From Candidatus Bruticola sp. (lineage in GTDB: Bacteria; Vulcanimicrobiota; Xenobia; Xenobiales; Xenobiaceae): a stretch of 63,547 bases of DNA. The notes under the pieces are model-generated. The model was not told the DNA's origin, did no database searches, and worked only from the letters and a program-made list of their open reading frames with translations. Shown piece by piece: positions 18,944 through 27,921 of this stretch (the first letter of the stretch is position 1; the number at the start of each line of letters is the position of its first letter). Made by a program: the position numbers and the translations under genes. The stretch is from positions 12,167 to 75,713 of the forward strand of contig JBJEGD010000034.1 in the NCBI GenBank assembly GCA_051874735.1, given 5' to 3'.

Positions 18944-19528
18944 ATGCGTGGACATTCACTAAAAGTTCGTACGGAAATATTTAGTAAAAAAAATTCCCCG
19001 TACGAATTTATTCCTCACACATTCTACCATCAGGCCGTTTATCAGGCGATCCGAATTATCGATCAGCAGATCGGTATGTTTAAATGTTTGGGCCGCATGG
19101 TAGGCGAAGAGGATCAGGCCTGTAATGTCGGTCTGCGCAAATTCGAAGTGGAGATTTCTATTGTAAGTGATCAAGCTATTCACGCACTGAATAAGGAGTT
19201 CCGTCAAGTAGATTCACCGACCGATGTACTGAGCTTTCCTGCTTGGGAAGATGAATCAGCTCTGCTAGTTTATCCAGATGTCCACCTCTATTTAGGAGAA
19301 ATAGTCATTAGTCTAGATACTGCAGCACGGCAGGCTCAAGAAGATGGCATAAGCCTGCGCCATATGGTAGCTTGGCTTATCGCTCATGCTATGCTCCATT
19401 TAGTCGGTTTTGATCATCCAGATCAAGAGACACGCCGCATCATGCAGAGCTACGAACTATCAATTATCAGAGCTATCGGTTTTACCTCTATTCCCAAAAT
19501 GGCAGATGAAGCTTACGCTTCTAAATAA
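18944..19528 (+). CDS. ybeY: rRNA maturation factor YbeY
   Basis: LNKEFRQVDSPTDVLSF, LGEIVIS, HAMLHLVGFDH; GAGGAG RBS. Confidence 0.93.
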   Translation: MRGHSLKVRTEIFSKKNSPYEFIPHTFYHQAVYQAIRIIDQQIGMFKCLGRMVGEEDQACNVGLRKFEVEISIVSDQAIHALNKEFRQVDSPTDVLSFPAWEDESALLVYPDVHLYLGEIVISLDTAARQAQEDGISLRHMVAWLIAHAMLHLVGFDHPDQETRRIMQSYELSIIRAIGFTSIPKMADEAYASK

Positions 19529-19537
19529 ATAGAATAA

Positions 19538-20422
19538 GTGACACAGGGTTTAGTTATACATACTTGCGGTACAGCCCGCAATAATCCGGGAAGTGCTGGC
19601 GTCGGCTTAGTTATTGAAAGACCTGACAGCCATCAAATACTCATTTCTGAGAATATAGGCATTGCCACAACAGCCCAGGCTCAGTATCAGGCGGTCATTA
19701 TGGCCCTAATCTGGGCTTCTGAGCATGGCTACAATCAGCTCAGCATTTTTTTAGATAATGCTAAAATGATCAGGGCTTTACTGCATAATCCTACCGTTTC
19801 AGACTTGCGAGTCTTAGGGCTGCACAAAAGAGCCCGGCGTTTGCTGCGTTCGTTAAAAGTTAATTTTTCTCTTTATGACAGCATGTCTCCGCACAAAGTC
19901 ATAACTTTAGCTCTGGAAGCGAGCCTGCGCACACCTGCTGATTCAACAGTAGTCCACGAAAATGAAGAAACTAAAGACGTCAAAAATCACCATGCTATAC
20001 AGCAGTCAGCCGGAGGGGTAATTTACAAGCGCGAGGGCGACAAAGTAAAAGTTTGCCTTATTGCCAAGAAGGGCGGTGCCGTTTGGGCTCTCCCCAAAGG
20101 CAGAGTGCAAAGCGGCGAAACTTGGGAGATGACAGCCACTCGTGAAGTATTGGAAGAAACCGGACACCTAGCGACTATCGCTGAGCGTATCGATCAAATA
20201 GAGTACTACTTTTACTGGCGAGATAACCGAACTCTATACTATAAACTGGTGACCTTCTTCTTAATGCCTTTGATTCAAGAGAACGCAGCTATTCCCGATG
20301 GAGAGGCTTCCGAAGTTGCTTGGTTCGACTTGGGAGAAGCCTGGCGCAAGCTTTACTATCAGAGTGAGAAGAATATTTTGCAGCAGGCTAAACAGATTCT
20401 GCATGCAGCTAAAATAATTTAA
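19538..20422 (+). CDS. Degenerate RNase HI-like domain fused to a Nudix hydrolase
   Basis: N-terminal HTCGTARNNPGSAGVG...ATTAQAQY; C-terminal WALPKG and Nudix box GRVQSGETWEMTATREVLEETG. Confidence 0.8.
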   Translation: MTQGLVIHTCGTARNNPGSAGVGLVIERPDSHQILISENIGIATTAQAQYQAVIMALIWASEHGYNQLSIFLDNAKMIRALLHNPTVSDLRVLGLHKRARRLLRSLKVNFSLYDSMSPHKVITLALEASLRTPADSTVVHENEETKDVKNHHAIQQSAGGVIYKREGDKVKVCLIAKKGGAVWALPKGRVQSGETWEMTATREVLEETGHLATIAERIDQIEYYFYWRDNRTLYYKLVTFFLMPLIQENAAIPDGEASEVAWFDLGEAWRKLYYQSEKNILQQAKQILHAAKII

Positions 20423-20433
20423 CTACCGCAGAA

Positions 20434-21993
20434 TTGAGAACTTTTTTGACAATAGCTTCTATTTCCAAAAAAAAAGTTATAGCTCTTATTTCGATTTATA
20501 TTGTCGAAAATAACGGAATACGCTTTTTAGCGTCTGCGCTGCGTTCCCAAGGCTGGCGAGTTATCGAAATTTATTTCAAGGACTATCAGCATCATCATTT
20601 TACTAATCCTAGTTCAAAAGAGATCTATCTTCTAACCGATATACTCCGACGCGAACAAGTAGACATTATAGGCCTATCAGTACGCGCTGGAGGGTATTAT
20701 AAGTTTGCCAGTCGGCTAAGCCGTTATCTCCATAAAGCACTTAATAAGCCCATTATTTGGGGGGGCATGCATGTCACCATGTCTCCGGAGGCGGCTTTGG
20801 ACTACTGTCAGGGCCTGACTATAGGGGAAGCTGAAGAAACCATATGCGAAATTATGGAAGCGGTGGAGAAGGGTTCATCTTGGAAAGGCATTGCCGGTCT
20901 CTGGTATAAGGAAGCAGACGGCACTGTAGTGCGCAATCCTCTGCGCCCTTTGAATAATAATCTTGACTCTCTACCCTTCCGCGACTTTCACTCACACCAA
21001 AGCAAATACTACATAGATAATGACTCGGTATCTTTAGGCGATCCTTACATCAATCAAACAGTATATTTAATGATGTCTGCCCGAGGGTGTTTATTCAATT
21101 GTGCTTACTGCGATATTAGCGCTTTGCGTAAAGTGTACAAAAATTTAGGCGTTTTTTATCGAGTTATGAGTCCGGCTCGCACTGTAGAAGAATGTCTTTA
21201 TGCCCAAAAGAACTTTCCTCATCTACGCCGCTTTCGTTTCGATGACGAACTTTTTTGTTTACGCAAAGAATGGGTCGACGAATTTTGTCAACTTTACAAA
21301 GAGAAGGTAAAGCTTCCCTTCGAAATTTTAACTGATCCCCGAGTTGCCGATCGGGAAATACTAGCATCATTGCAAGGCGCCGGTTTAGATACTGTAATGA
21401 TGGGCATTCAACATGTCAGCAGTGTAAACCAGCGCCTTTATAACCGCCATGTCGCCGATGAAACAGTACTAGAAGTTGGCCGTATGCTTCATGAACTAAA
21501 TTTAAAAGTTTGTTACCAGGTACTGTTAGACGATCCGCACGTCAATTCAGCCGAGAAGGAGCAGCTTTTTGAGCTTTTAGCTAAACTTCCCAGACCTTAT
21601 GACTTATATTTATTTTCTCTTTCATACTGGCCACAAACAGACATCACTGAACGATACCTAGCTGACGGTACTATTACTCCTGAGCAAATTGAAGGACGCA
21701 ACGACAAATGTCTTAAGCAGTTCCGGGTCTCGCTATCTTGGCCACGCTCCGCTGAAGACACTTTCTGGTACTCAATATACACGCTGCTATCAAAACGCAT
21801 TCCTCTAAGCTTTATTAGGCTTTTGGCTTCTTCTCCTTGGCTCAAGCGCTTTCCTCAGCCTGTCTTTATCTTAGCCCAAATACTGAATTTTATTAAATTA
21901 GCCGAACTGGCCTGGCAAATGTTGCTACGGGGTGAACTTACTTGGGATACTATTAAACGTTGGGTGAACTTAAAATCTATGCCTACTTCTTAG
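20434..21993 (+). CDS. Cobalamin-binding radical SAM protein
   Basis: IIWGGMHVT..PE, IGEAE, SARGCLFNCAYC (CxxxCxxC), FDDELF. Confidence 0.88.
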   Translation: MRTFLTIASISKKKVIALISIYIVENNGIRFLASALRSQGWRVIEIYFKDYQHHHFTNPSSKEIYLLTDILRREQVDIIGLSVRAGGYYKFASRLSRYLHKALNKPIIWGGMHVTMSPEAALDYCQGLTIGEAEETICEIMEAVEKGSSWKGIAGLWYKEADGTVVRNPLRPLNNNLDSLPFRDFHSHQSKYYIDNDSVSLGDPYINQTVYLMMSARGCLFNCAYCDISALRKVYKNLGVFYRVMSPARTVEECLYAQKNFPHLRRFRFDDELFCLRKEWVDEFCQLYKEKVKLPFEILTDPRVADREILASLQGAGLDTVMMGIQHVSSVNQRLYNRHVADETVLEVGRMLHELNLKVCYQVLLDDPHVNSAEKEQLFELLAKLPRPYDLYLFSLSYWPQTDITERYLADGTITPEQIEGRNDKCLKQFRVSLSWPRSAEDTFWYSIYTLLSKRIPLSFIRLLASSPWLKRFPQPVFILAQILNFIKLAELAWQMLLRGELTWDTIKRWVNLKSMPTS

Positions 21994-23353
21994 TTTCATC
22001 TTCTGCAACGGCCTCAATATCCGCAGCCGATTTCTCATTATTAGAAAGTTCGATTAGCATTTTTTTATCAGTATAGCGCAGAAAAGGCAGCCACACTAAA
22101 CCGCTGATCAAGAAGTTCAGAATGAACAAAATTAGACTGCGCCAATCTTGAGTAGAAAGTACTGCACCTAAAAAGCCGGGCATTACCCAAGGCACTTCTA
22201 TGAAGGGAGCGCTGACTAGCCCCCGACTTACAGCAAACCAAGCTACCACTCCGCAAATCATGGGCGCTAAGATACAAGGTACAGCTAATATCGGATTAGC
22301 AATTACCGGCAGACCGAAAAGAAAAGGCTCATTGACATTAAAGAGAGCCGGTACAGCGGCCATTTTGCCTACTTTGCGGAAATGACTGTTTTTAAATAAA
22401 AAAAGCATGCATGTTGGAGCTAAAGTAGCTCCTGAACCGCCTATCCAAATGAACCATTGATAGAAAGGATAGGCAGTTACGTAAGGCAGAGGCAAGCCGG
22501 CACTATGGGCCTCAGCGTTCGCGGCCACAAATTGCTGCCACAAAGGAAGCATAACTGCATTTATTACAGAAATACCGTGTATGCCGGCCACAGCAAAAAG
22601 ATGGAGAAAGAAATTGCTAGCCTCAACAGCGGCTAACGTATCGCCCATACTAGAAAGCGGCGACATCAGCAACATTATCCCCTTGTTTATGTTTAAATTA
22701 CAGACGTGGCTGATAATCCAAACAGCGCATACGGCCAGTAACATCGGTAAGAAGCTGCTGAAAGCTTCAGATACAGCCGGAGGAATACTTCGGCTAACCT
22801 CATCTGTAGAAGCTTGCCTCCTCCCCGGACGCATAAGCAGGCGAGAAATTTCCACCATAAAAAAAGCGGCCACGATCCCCAAAAAAATGCCTTCTGGGCC
22901 GAATGGTTTCAGCGGTATCGACCAACCTGCCCCCTCAGCAAAATTTACTTTTGAGGGAGCTTCCGTTACCAAAAGGGCAGCCATAGCTCCAAGCCCCTGA
23001 GGAATAGGCGGCAGTTCATACTGTTTAGCCAAAGCAGCTGCAACTGTAAAGGCGATATAGAGGCCGATTAATCCCATAGTCAGCCGGTAAGGTATATAAA
23101 AATCAGCAGAGTTGGCTAAATACCATCGTCCGAAGGCGCTATCAGCGATATTGGGCAGCCAACTAACTTCTCCGCCGAAATATTGAGTTAGAACTTCGCC
23201 CTGCGCTCCCAAAAGCAAGAAAGTACTGCCCAATAAAATAATTGGCACTGCGCCGAGCATACCATCTCTTAAAGCTAGCACATGGCGTTGGGCAGCGAAC
23301 TTTTCCAAAAGTTCCACAAATTTGGCCACAAAACCGTTCTTCTGCAAAATCAT
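21983..23353 (-). CDS. PTS lactose/cellobiose family IIC component
   Basis: ALRDGM, GIHG, IGGSGATL, LFNVNEPFLFGLPVIANP, VPWVMP. Confidence 0.9.
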   Translation of the reverse strand: MILQKNGFVAKFVELLEKFAAQRHVLALRDGMLGAVPIILLGSTFLLLGAQGEVLTQYFGGEVSWLPNIADSAFGRWYLANSADFYIPYRLTMGLIGLYIAFTVAAALAKQYELPPIPQGLGAMAALLVTEAPSKVNFAEGAGWSIPLKPFGPEGIFLGIVAAFFMVEISRLLMRPGRRQASTDEVSRSIPPAVSEAFSSFLPMLLAVCAVWIISHVCNLNINKGIMLLMSPLSSMGDTLAAVEASNFFLHLFAVAGIHGISVINAVMLPLWQQFVAANAEAHSAGLPLPYVTAYPFYQWFIWIGGSGATLAPTCMLFLFKNSHFRKVGKMAAVPALFNVNEPFLFGLPVIANPILAVPCILAPMICGVVAWFAVSRGLVSAPFIEVPWVMPGFLGAVLSTQDWRSLILFILNFLISGLVWLPFLRYTDKKMLIELSNNEKSAADIEAVAEDETKK

Positions 23354-23518
23354 ATCCTCTTATCCGACCGCCATTTTGGGCATGTCAACTCAAATAGGAG
23401 CTTAATTTTAGCTAAACTGAAGGTAGCATGCAAATAGAGCAAGACAGCTGTCCTCAATTAACACAATTATCTTTTCAGACTGGTCCATTGAATAGAATCA
23501 TTATAAAATAGCGCTTAG

Positions 23519-23567
23519 TTTTACCATTAAAAATACTACTAAAAAAATAGTATTTTTAATGGTAAAA
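23519..23567. promoter_or_regulatory. Perfect 20-bp inverted repeat upstream of the suf operon (candidate operator)
   Basis: TTTTACCATTAAAAATACTA-9 nt-TAGTATTTTTAATGGTAAAA in a divergent promoter region. Confidence 0.6.
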
Positions 23568-23693
23568 TATCAAATATTAGTTTTATTTACTCCTTTTATA
23601 TAACATTTTTACAACTGAATAGCCTTAGCAGCAGGGTAAAGAAGAAAAGGTGTGAATATTTCGAGCGCATTAGAATAAGCAAGTGAGGCAATT

Positions 23694-24458
23694 ATGTCCA
23701 ATTCTTTATTACTTGAAGTTAAGAATCTGCATGTTTCAGTAGGGGAGAAAGAAATTCTCAAAGGCTTGAATTTAACTATAAACAAAGGTGAAGTTCACGC
23801 TTTAATGGGCCCGAACGGATCAGGCAAATCGACCTTATCCAATACCATAATGGGCCATCCTAACTATAAAGTAACTGCTGGTCAGATTATCTTTAAGGGT
23901 GAGGAAATTCAGGACATGCCTGCTAATGAGCGGGCCAAACGTGGCGTTTTTTTGGCGTTTCAGTATCCTATTTCCATCCCTGGCGTATCTTTAGGCAATT
24001 TTCTCATGGCTTCAGTGCGCAGTATCCGTGGTGAAGAGAATGTCAAGCCTCTGCCCTTCCGCAAAGAATTACAAGCCAAAATGAAAGAGCTGGGCATTAA
24101 TACTGAATTTGCACGACGCTATGTTAATGAGGGATTTTCCGGTGGAGAAAAAAAACGCATCGAAATTCTGCAAATGGCCTTGCTTAAACCGTCTCTGTCT
24201 CTCTTAGATGAAACTGACTCAGGTTTAGATATTGACGCTTTGAAAGTAGTAGCTGAAGGTATTCATCGAGAATTAGAGGCCAATAATACTAGTGCCCTGG
24301 TGGTGACCCACTATCAGCGTCTGCTGGATTATCTTAAGCCTCAATTCATTCATATTTTAGCCGACGGGCGAATTGTGGAAAGCGGGGGACCAGAATTAGC
24401 TCTGCGCCTCGAGCAGACGGGCTACGACGAAATTCTCAGCAAGTACGTCAATAAATAA
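23694..24458 (+). CDS. sufC: Fe-S cluster assembly ATPase SufC
   Basis: GPNGSGKST, LAFQYP, NEGFSGGEKKRIEILQ, LDETDSGLDIDAL. Confidence 0.97.
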   Translation: MSNSLLLEVKNLHVSVGEKEILKGLNLTINKGEVHALMGPNGSGKSTLSNTIMGHPNYKVTAGQIIFKGEEIQDMPANERAKRGVFLAFQYPISIPGVSLGNFLMASVRSIRGEENVKPLPFRKELQAKMKELGINTEFARRYVNEGFSGGEKKRIEILQMALLKPSLSLLDETDSGLDIDALKVVAEGIHRELEANNTSALVVTHYQRLLDYLKPQFIHILADGRIVESGGPELALRLEQTGYDEILSKYVNK

Positions 24459-24575
24459 TCAAATACTCTTCAAAAAGCAGAGCTGTCGGCCGTATCAAAT
24501 TTTAGATCTAGCGCAACTGCAAAACTTGCTCGAAGTGCCGTCAGCTCGGCCCATTTGCTTTTCTAGGAGCTTTAT

Positions 24576-25994
24576 ATGGATTCACCCAACAATAATAAAG
24601 AATCTTTAGAGAATATCGGTACTAACTATAAGTACGGCTTTGCTGACGCCGAAGATTACGTTTATAAATCGGGTACCGGCCTAACTCCGCAGTTGATTGT
24701 CGAAATGTCCAGGATCAAAGGCGAACCGGATTGGATGCTGCAAAACCGTCTTAAGGCCTACGAAGTTTTTAATGCCAAACCTATGCCAACCTGGGGTACC
24801 GACCTGAGCGGCGTGTATTTCGATGACATTCATTACTACGTCAGACCTTCAGACCGCACAGCTACAGACTGGAACGAAGTGCCAGACAAAATTAAGCAGA
24901 CTTTTGATAAGCTCGGCGTACCAGAAGCGGAGAGAAAACATTTAGCTGGATTGACAGCTCAATACGAATCGGAAGTAGTTTATCACTCCATACGGGCCGA
25001 TCTGGAAAAGGAAGGCATTATTTTTCTAGATATGGACAGTGCACTGCGCCAGTATCCAGATCTGGTTAAAAAGTATTTCGGCACCGTCATTCCTATGACC
25101 GATAATAAATTTGCTGCTCTGAATACAGCAGTCTGGAGCGGCGGTTCATTTATCTATGTGCCTAAGGGTGTACACGTAGAACGTCCTCTTCAAGCTTACT
25201 TCCGCATTAATGCCCAGGCTATGGGCCAGTTTGAACGCACCCTCATTATTGCTGATGAAGGGGCGTTTGTTCACTACGTAGAGGGATGCACTGCCCCTAT
25301 TTATTCAAAAGATTCGCTCCATTCAGCCGTAGTTGAACTTATTGCGATGGAAGGGGCCCGCATTCGTTACAGCACTATTCAAAACTGGTCCACCAATGTT
25401 TATAACTTAGTTACTAAAAGAGCCGTGGCCCATAAAAATGCTGTAGTGGAATGGATTGACGGCAATATAGGCTCTAAGGTCTCTATGAAATATCCGGCCA
25501 TTTATCTGATGGGCGAAGGAGCTCATGGAGAGGTTGTGTCTGTAGCTTTTGCCGGAGAAGGACAAGTTCAAGATACAGGGGCCAAGATTGTCCATGCAGC
25601 TAGCCATACCACCTCGAATGTTTTATCTAAATCTATATCTAAAAATGGAGGCCAGGCCTCATATCGTGGCTTGGTAAAAGTAGAAGCTAAAGCCGAAAAT
25701 GTACGCGGCAATGTTCGCTGCGATGCTCTTCTTCTAGATGATCACTCCCGCTCCGATACTTACCCCACTATGGACATTGCTAACCCTAATGTTCATATCG
25801 GACATGAAGCTACCGTTTCCAAAGTAGGCGATGAACAAATATTCTATTTGATGAGCCGAGGCCTATCCGAAAGCGACGCTATTACTATGATAGTAAACGG
25901 ATTCTTTGAACCGTTTGCCAAGGAACTGCCCATGGAATATGCCGTCGAATTGAACCGCCTCATCAAAATGGAGATGGAAGGTTCTGTAGGTTAA
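24576..25994 (+). CDS. sufB: Fe-S cluster assembly protein SufB
   Basis: [48 protein letters not shown] end. Confidence 0.97.
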   Translation: MDSPNNNKESLENIGTNYKYGFADAEDYVYKSGTGLTPQLIVEMSRIKGEPDWMLQNRLKAYEVFNAKPMPTWGTDLSGVYFDDIHYYVRPSDRTATDWNEVPDKIKQTFDKLGVPEAERKHLAGLTAQYESEVVYHSIRADLEKEGIIFLDMDSALRQYPDLVKKYFGTVIPMTDNKFAALNTAVWSGGSFIYVPKGVHVERPLQAYFRINAQAMGQFERTLIIADEGAFVHYVEGCTAPIYSKDSLHSAVVELIAMEGARIRYSTIQNWSTNVYNLVTKRAVAHKNAVVEWIDGNIGSKVSMKYPAIYLMGEGAHGEVVSVAFAGEGQVQDTGAKIVHAASHTTSNVLSKSISKNGGQASYRGLVKVEAKAENVRGNVRCDALLLDDHSRSDTYPTMDIANPNVHIGHEATVSKVGDEQIFYLMSRGLSESDAITMIVNGFFEPFAKELPMEYAVELNRLIKMEMEGSVG

Positions 25995-26029
25995 TCTCAC
26001 AGCAATTTTTCGGATTCACGGGAGGAAAC

Positions 26030-27403
26030 GTGATAATCAATTTAGAGGCTCAATTTGAGCAAGCAATGGAAAATACGGTCCAACTGGCGGAATCATGCCA
26101 AGAACCGCAGTGGGCTGTTGATATACGCAAAGCCTCATTAGTAAGTGCTCGCACTCTCTCTATCCCCTCCAAAGAAGAAGAGGCCTGGCGGCGCAGTGCA
26201 CCTTCTTGGTTTTATCCAGACAAAAGCCAAGCGATACGCCTGCTGAAGGAGAATTTGCTTATCGATGAGTTTTTAATGACTTCTGAAGTAGCTTCTAGTC
26301 TTCATGAGTACGGAATCAACAGTACAACTGAAAATCTTGAAAGTGCCACTTCTAACTTATCTGCAGCTAAAAAGAGCTTTGAAAAGTACGACTGCGCAGG
26401 TATTCGCATTATGTCTATGAGCCAGGCTCTTCAAACAGAAGAAGAACTCAAAAACCTCTTCTTCAAAGCGGAGCACCATCAAAAAGAGCTTAGTACTGCA
26501 CTTAACGGTGCTTTGCGTACCGGCGGAGCTTATGTAAAAATTACTCCCGAAACTCAAAAAGAACGAGCTTTCCATATAATTCATGAAATAAACGACAGCT
26601 CCTCAGCAGAAAACGATCAAGACGAGGTGCAAAACTGCCACTTCAGCCACAGCCTCATTACAGCTAACGGTCCCGGCCGAGCTTCCATAGTAGAGAGTTT
26701 CACCAATAAAGATACCCAAAAAGTTAAAGTGCATTCACTTATTGAATTCGACTTGGCTAATGGGGCAGCCGTTACTTATGTTCTGGCTGGTCTCTGGAAT
26801 AAAGACGCTGCCGTTTTAACTACCATTCATGCTCGTTTGGGTAAGGACGCTTCCTTAAAGATTGTCTATGCCGGCCTGGGTGAAGGGTTAAGTAAAACTT
26901 TCTTCTCTGAAGATCTTAATTCTTCCGGAGCGAGAACAGAAATTTATGGAGTGGTGCTGGCCAATGGCCGAAGCCGCAGCGATGTGGACACCTTTGTCCA
27001 CCATAAGGCGCCATATACCTTCTCAAATGTGCTCTTTAACTGTGCTGTTTCTGATAGGGCCCAGTCTGTTTTTGCCGGAAACATTTATGTCGATCAAATT
27101 GCTCAGCATACTGACGCTTATCAGAAGAATCAAAACTTAATGTTGTCCTCTAAGGCTAGAGCAGAATCTATGCCGAAGTTAGAAATTATTGCCGATGATG
27201 TGCGCTGCACCCATGGAGCCAGCTTTACAAACTATGACGAAGAACAGCTGTTTTATATGCAAAGCCGCGGCTTGAGTAAAGCAGCAGCTCAAAGCATGAT
27301 CACGGCCGGTTTTTTCCAAGAGATTGTTGAAAAATCCGATAATAGTTCTGTCGCCGACTGGTTATCAGGTACAGCTGCGGCTAGGTTCAGCGTCAATAAT
27401 TAG
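26030..27403 (+). CDS. sufD: Fe-S cluster assembly protein SufD
   Basis: EAWRR, PKLEIIADDVRCTHGAS, LFYMQSRGL. Confidence 0.92.
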   Translation: MIINLEAQFEQAMENTVQLAESCQEPQWAVDIRKASLVSARTLSIPSKEEEAWRRSAPSWFYPDKSQAIRLLKENLLIDEFLMTSEVASSLHEYGINSTTENLESATSNLSAAKKSFEKYDCAGIRIMSMSQALQTEEELKNLFFKAEHHQKELSTALNGALRTGGAYVKITPETQKERAFHIIHEINDSSSAENDQDEVQNCHFSHSLITANGPGRASIVESFTNKDTQKVKVHSLIEFDLANGAAVTYVLAGLWNKDAAVLTTIHARLGKDASLKIVYAGLGEGLSKTFFSEDLNSSGARTEIYGVVLANGRSRSDVDTFVHHKAPYTFSNVLFNCAVSDRAQSVFAGNIYVDQIAQHTDAYQKNQNLMLSSKARAESMPKLEIIADDVRCTHGASFTNYDEEQLFYMQSRGLSKAAAQSMITAGFFQEIVEKSDNSSVADWLSGTAAARFSVNN

Positions 27404-27480
27404 ATAAAAACACTATCAAAACTAATCGGCTGCTGTTCAGCCCAATTATTATCAATTGACCAAAGCTATATAAAAAAGTC

Positions 27481-27511
27481 GGCAGGGCCGCTTAAACTGA
27501 GCGGCCCTGCC
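27481..27511 (+). other. GC-rich stem-loop inside the suf operon
   Basis: GGCAGGGCCGCT-7 nt-AGCGGCCCTGCC perfect 12-bp stem with no U-tract on +. Confidence 0.55.
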
Positions 27512-27584
27512 AGTATGATAATAAAAAATAAAGCAGCCGCAATTTTTCCCCAATATATGCTTACACACCACCCGGAGGCCTGTC

Positions 27585-27890
27585 ATGAAAAAAGCTTTAG
27601 GACCTGTTGACAAATTCAAAGAGAATCAGGTAGTTATTATCCCCAACGATCTAAGTTCAATCGGGGTAGTAAAAATAGGTTCTGAGATATTTGCATACGA
27701 AAACAACTGCACCCACGACGGAGAGGAGCTGGGAAGATGCCGAGTATACGGCTTTGAAATTGAGTGTCCTCGTCATGGAGCCAGATTCGATGTGCGCACA
27801 GGCCAAGCAGTCCGTATGCCTGCTGTTGGTAATTTAGAAACTTATCCGGTCAGCATACAGGACGGCCAAGTTTACGCAGAAATAGATTAG
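27585..27890 (+). CDS. Rieske-type [2Fe-2S] ferredoxin
   Basis: CTH and CPRHGARFD motifs; GGAGG RBS. Confidence 0.92.
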   Translation: MKKALGPVDKFKENQVVIIPNDLSSIGVVKIGSEIFAYENNCTHDGEELGRCRVYGFEIECPRHGARFDVRTGQAVRMPAVGNLETYPVSIQDGQVYAEID

Positions 27891-27921
27891 ATAGTTTTAT
27901 TTTTTTCACAGTTGGGAAGCA

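Noticed and set aside
24576-25994. Intein in SufB
   Set aside because: Normal length (472 aa) and no splicing motifs
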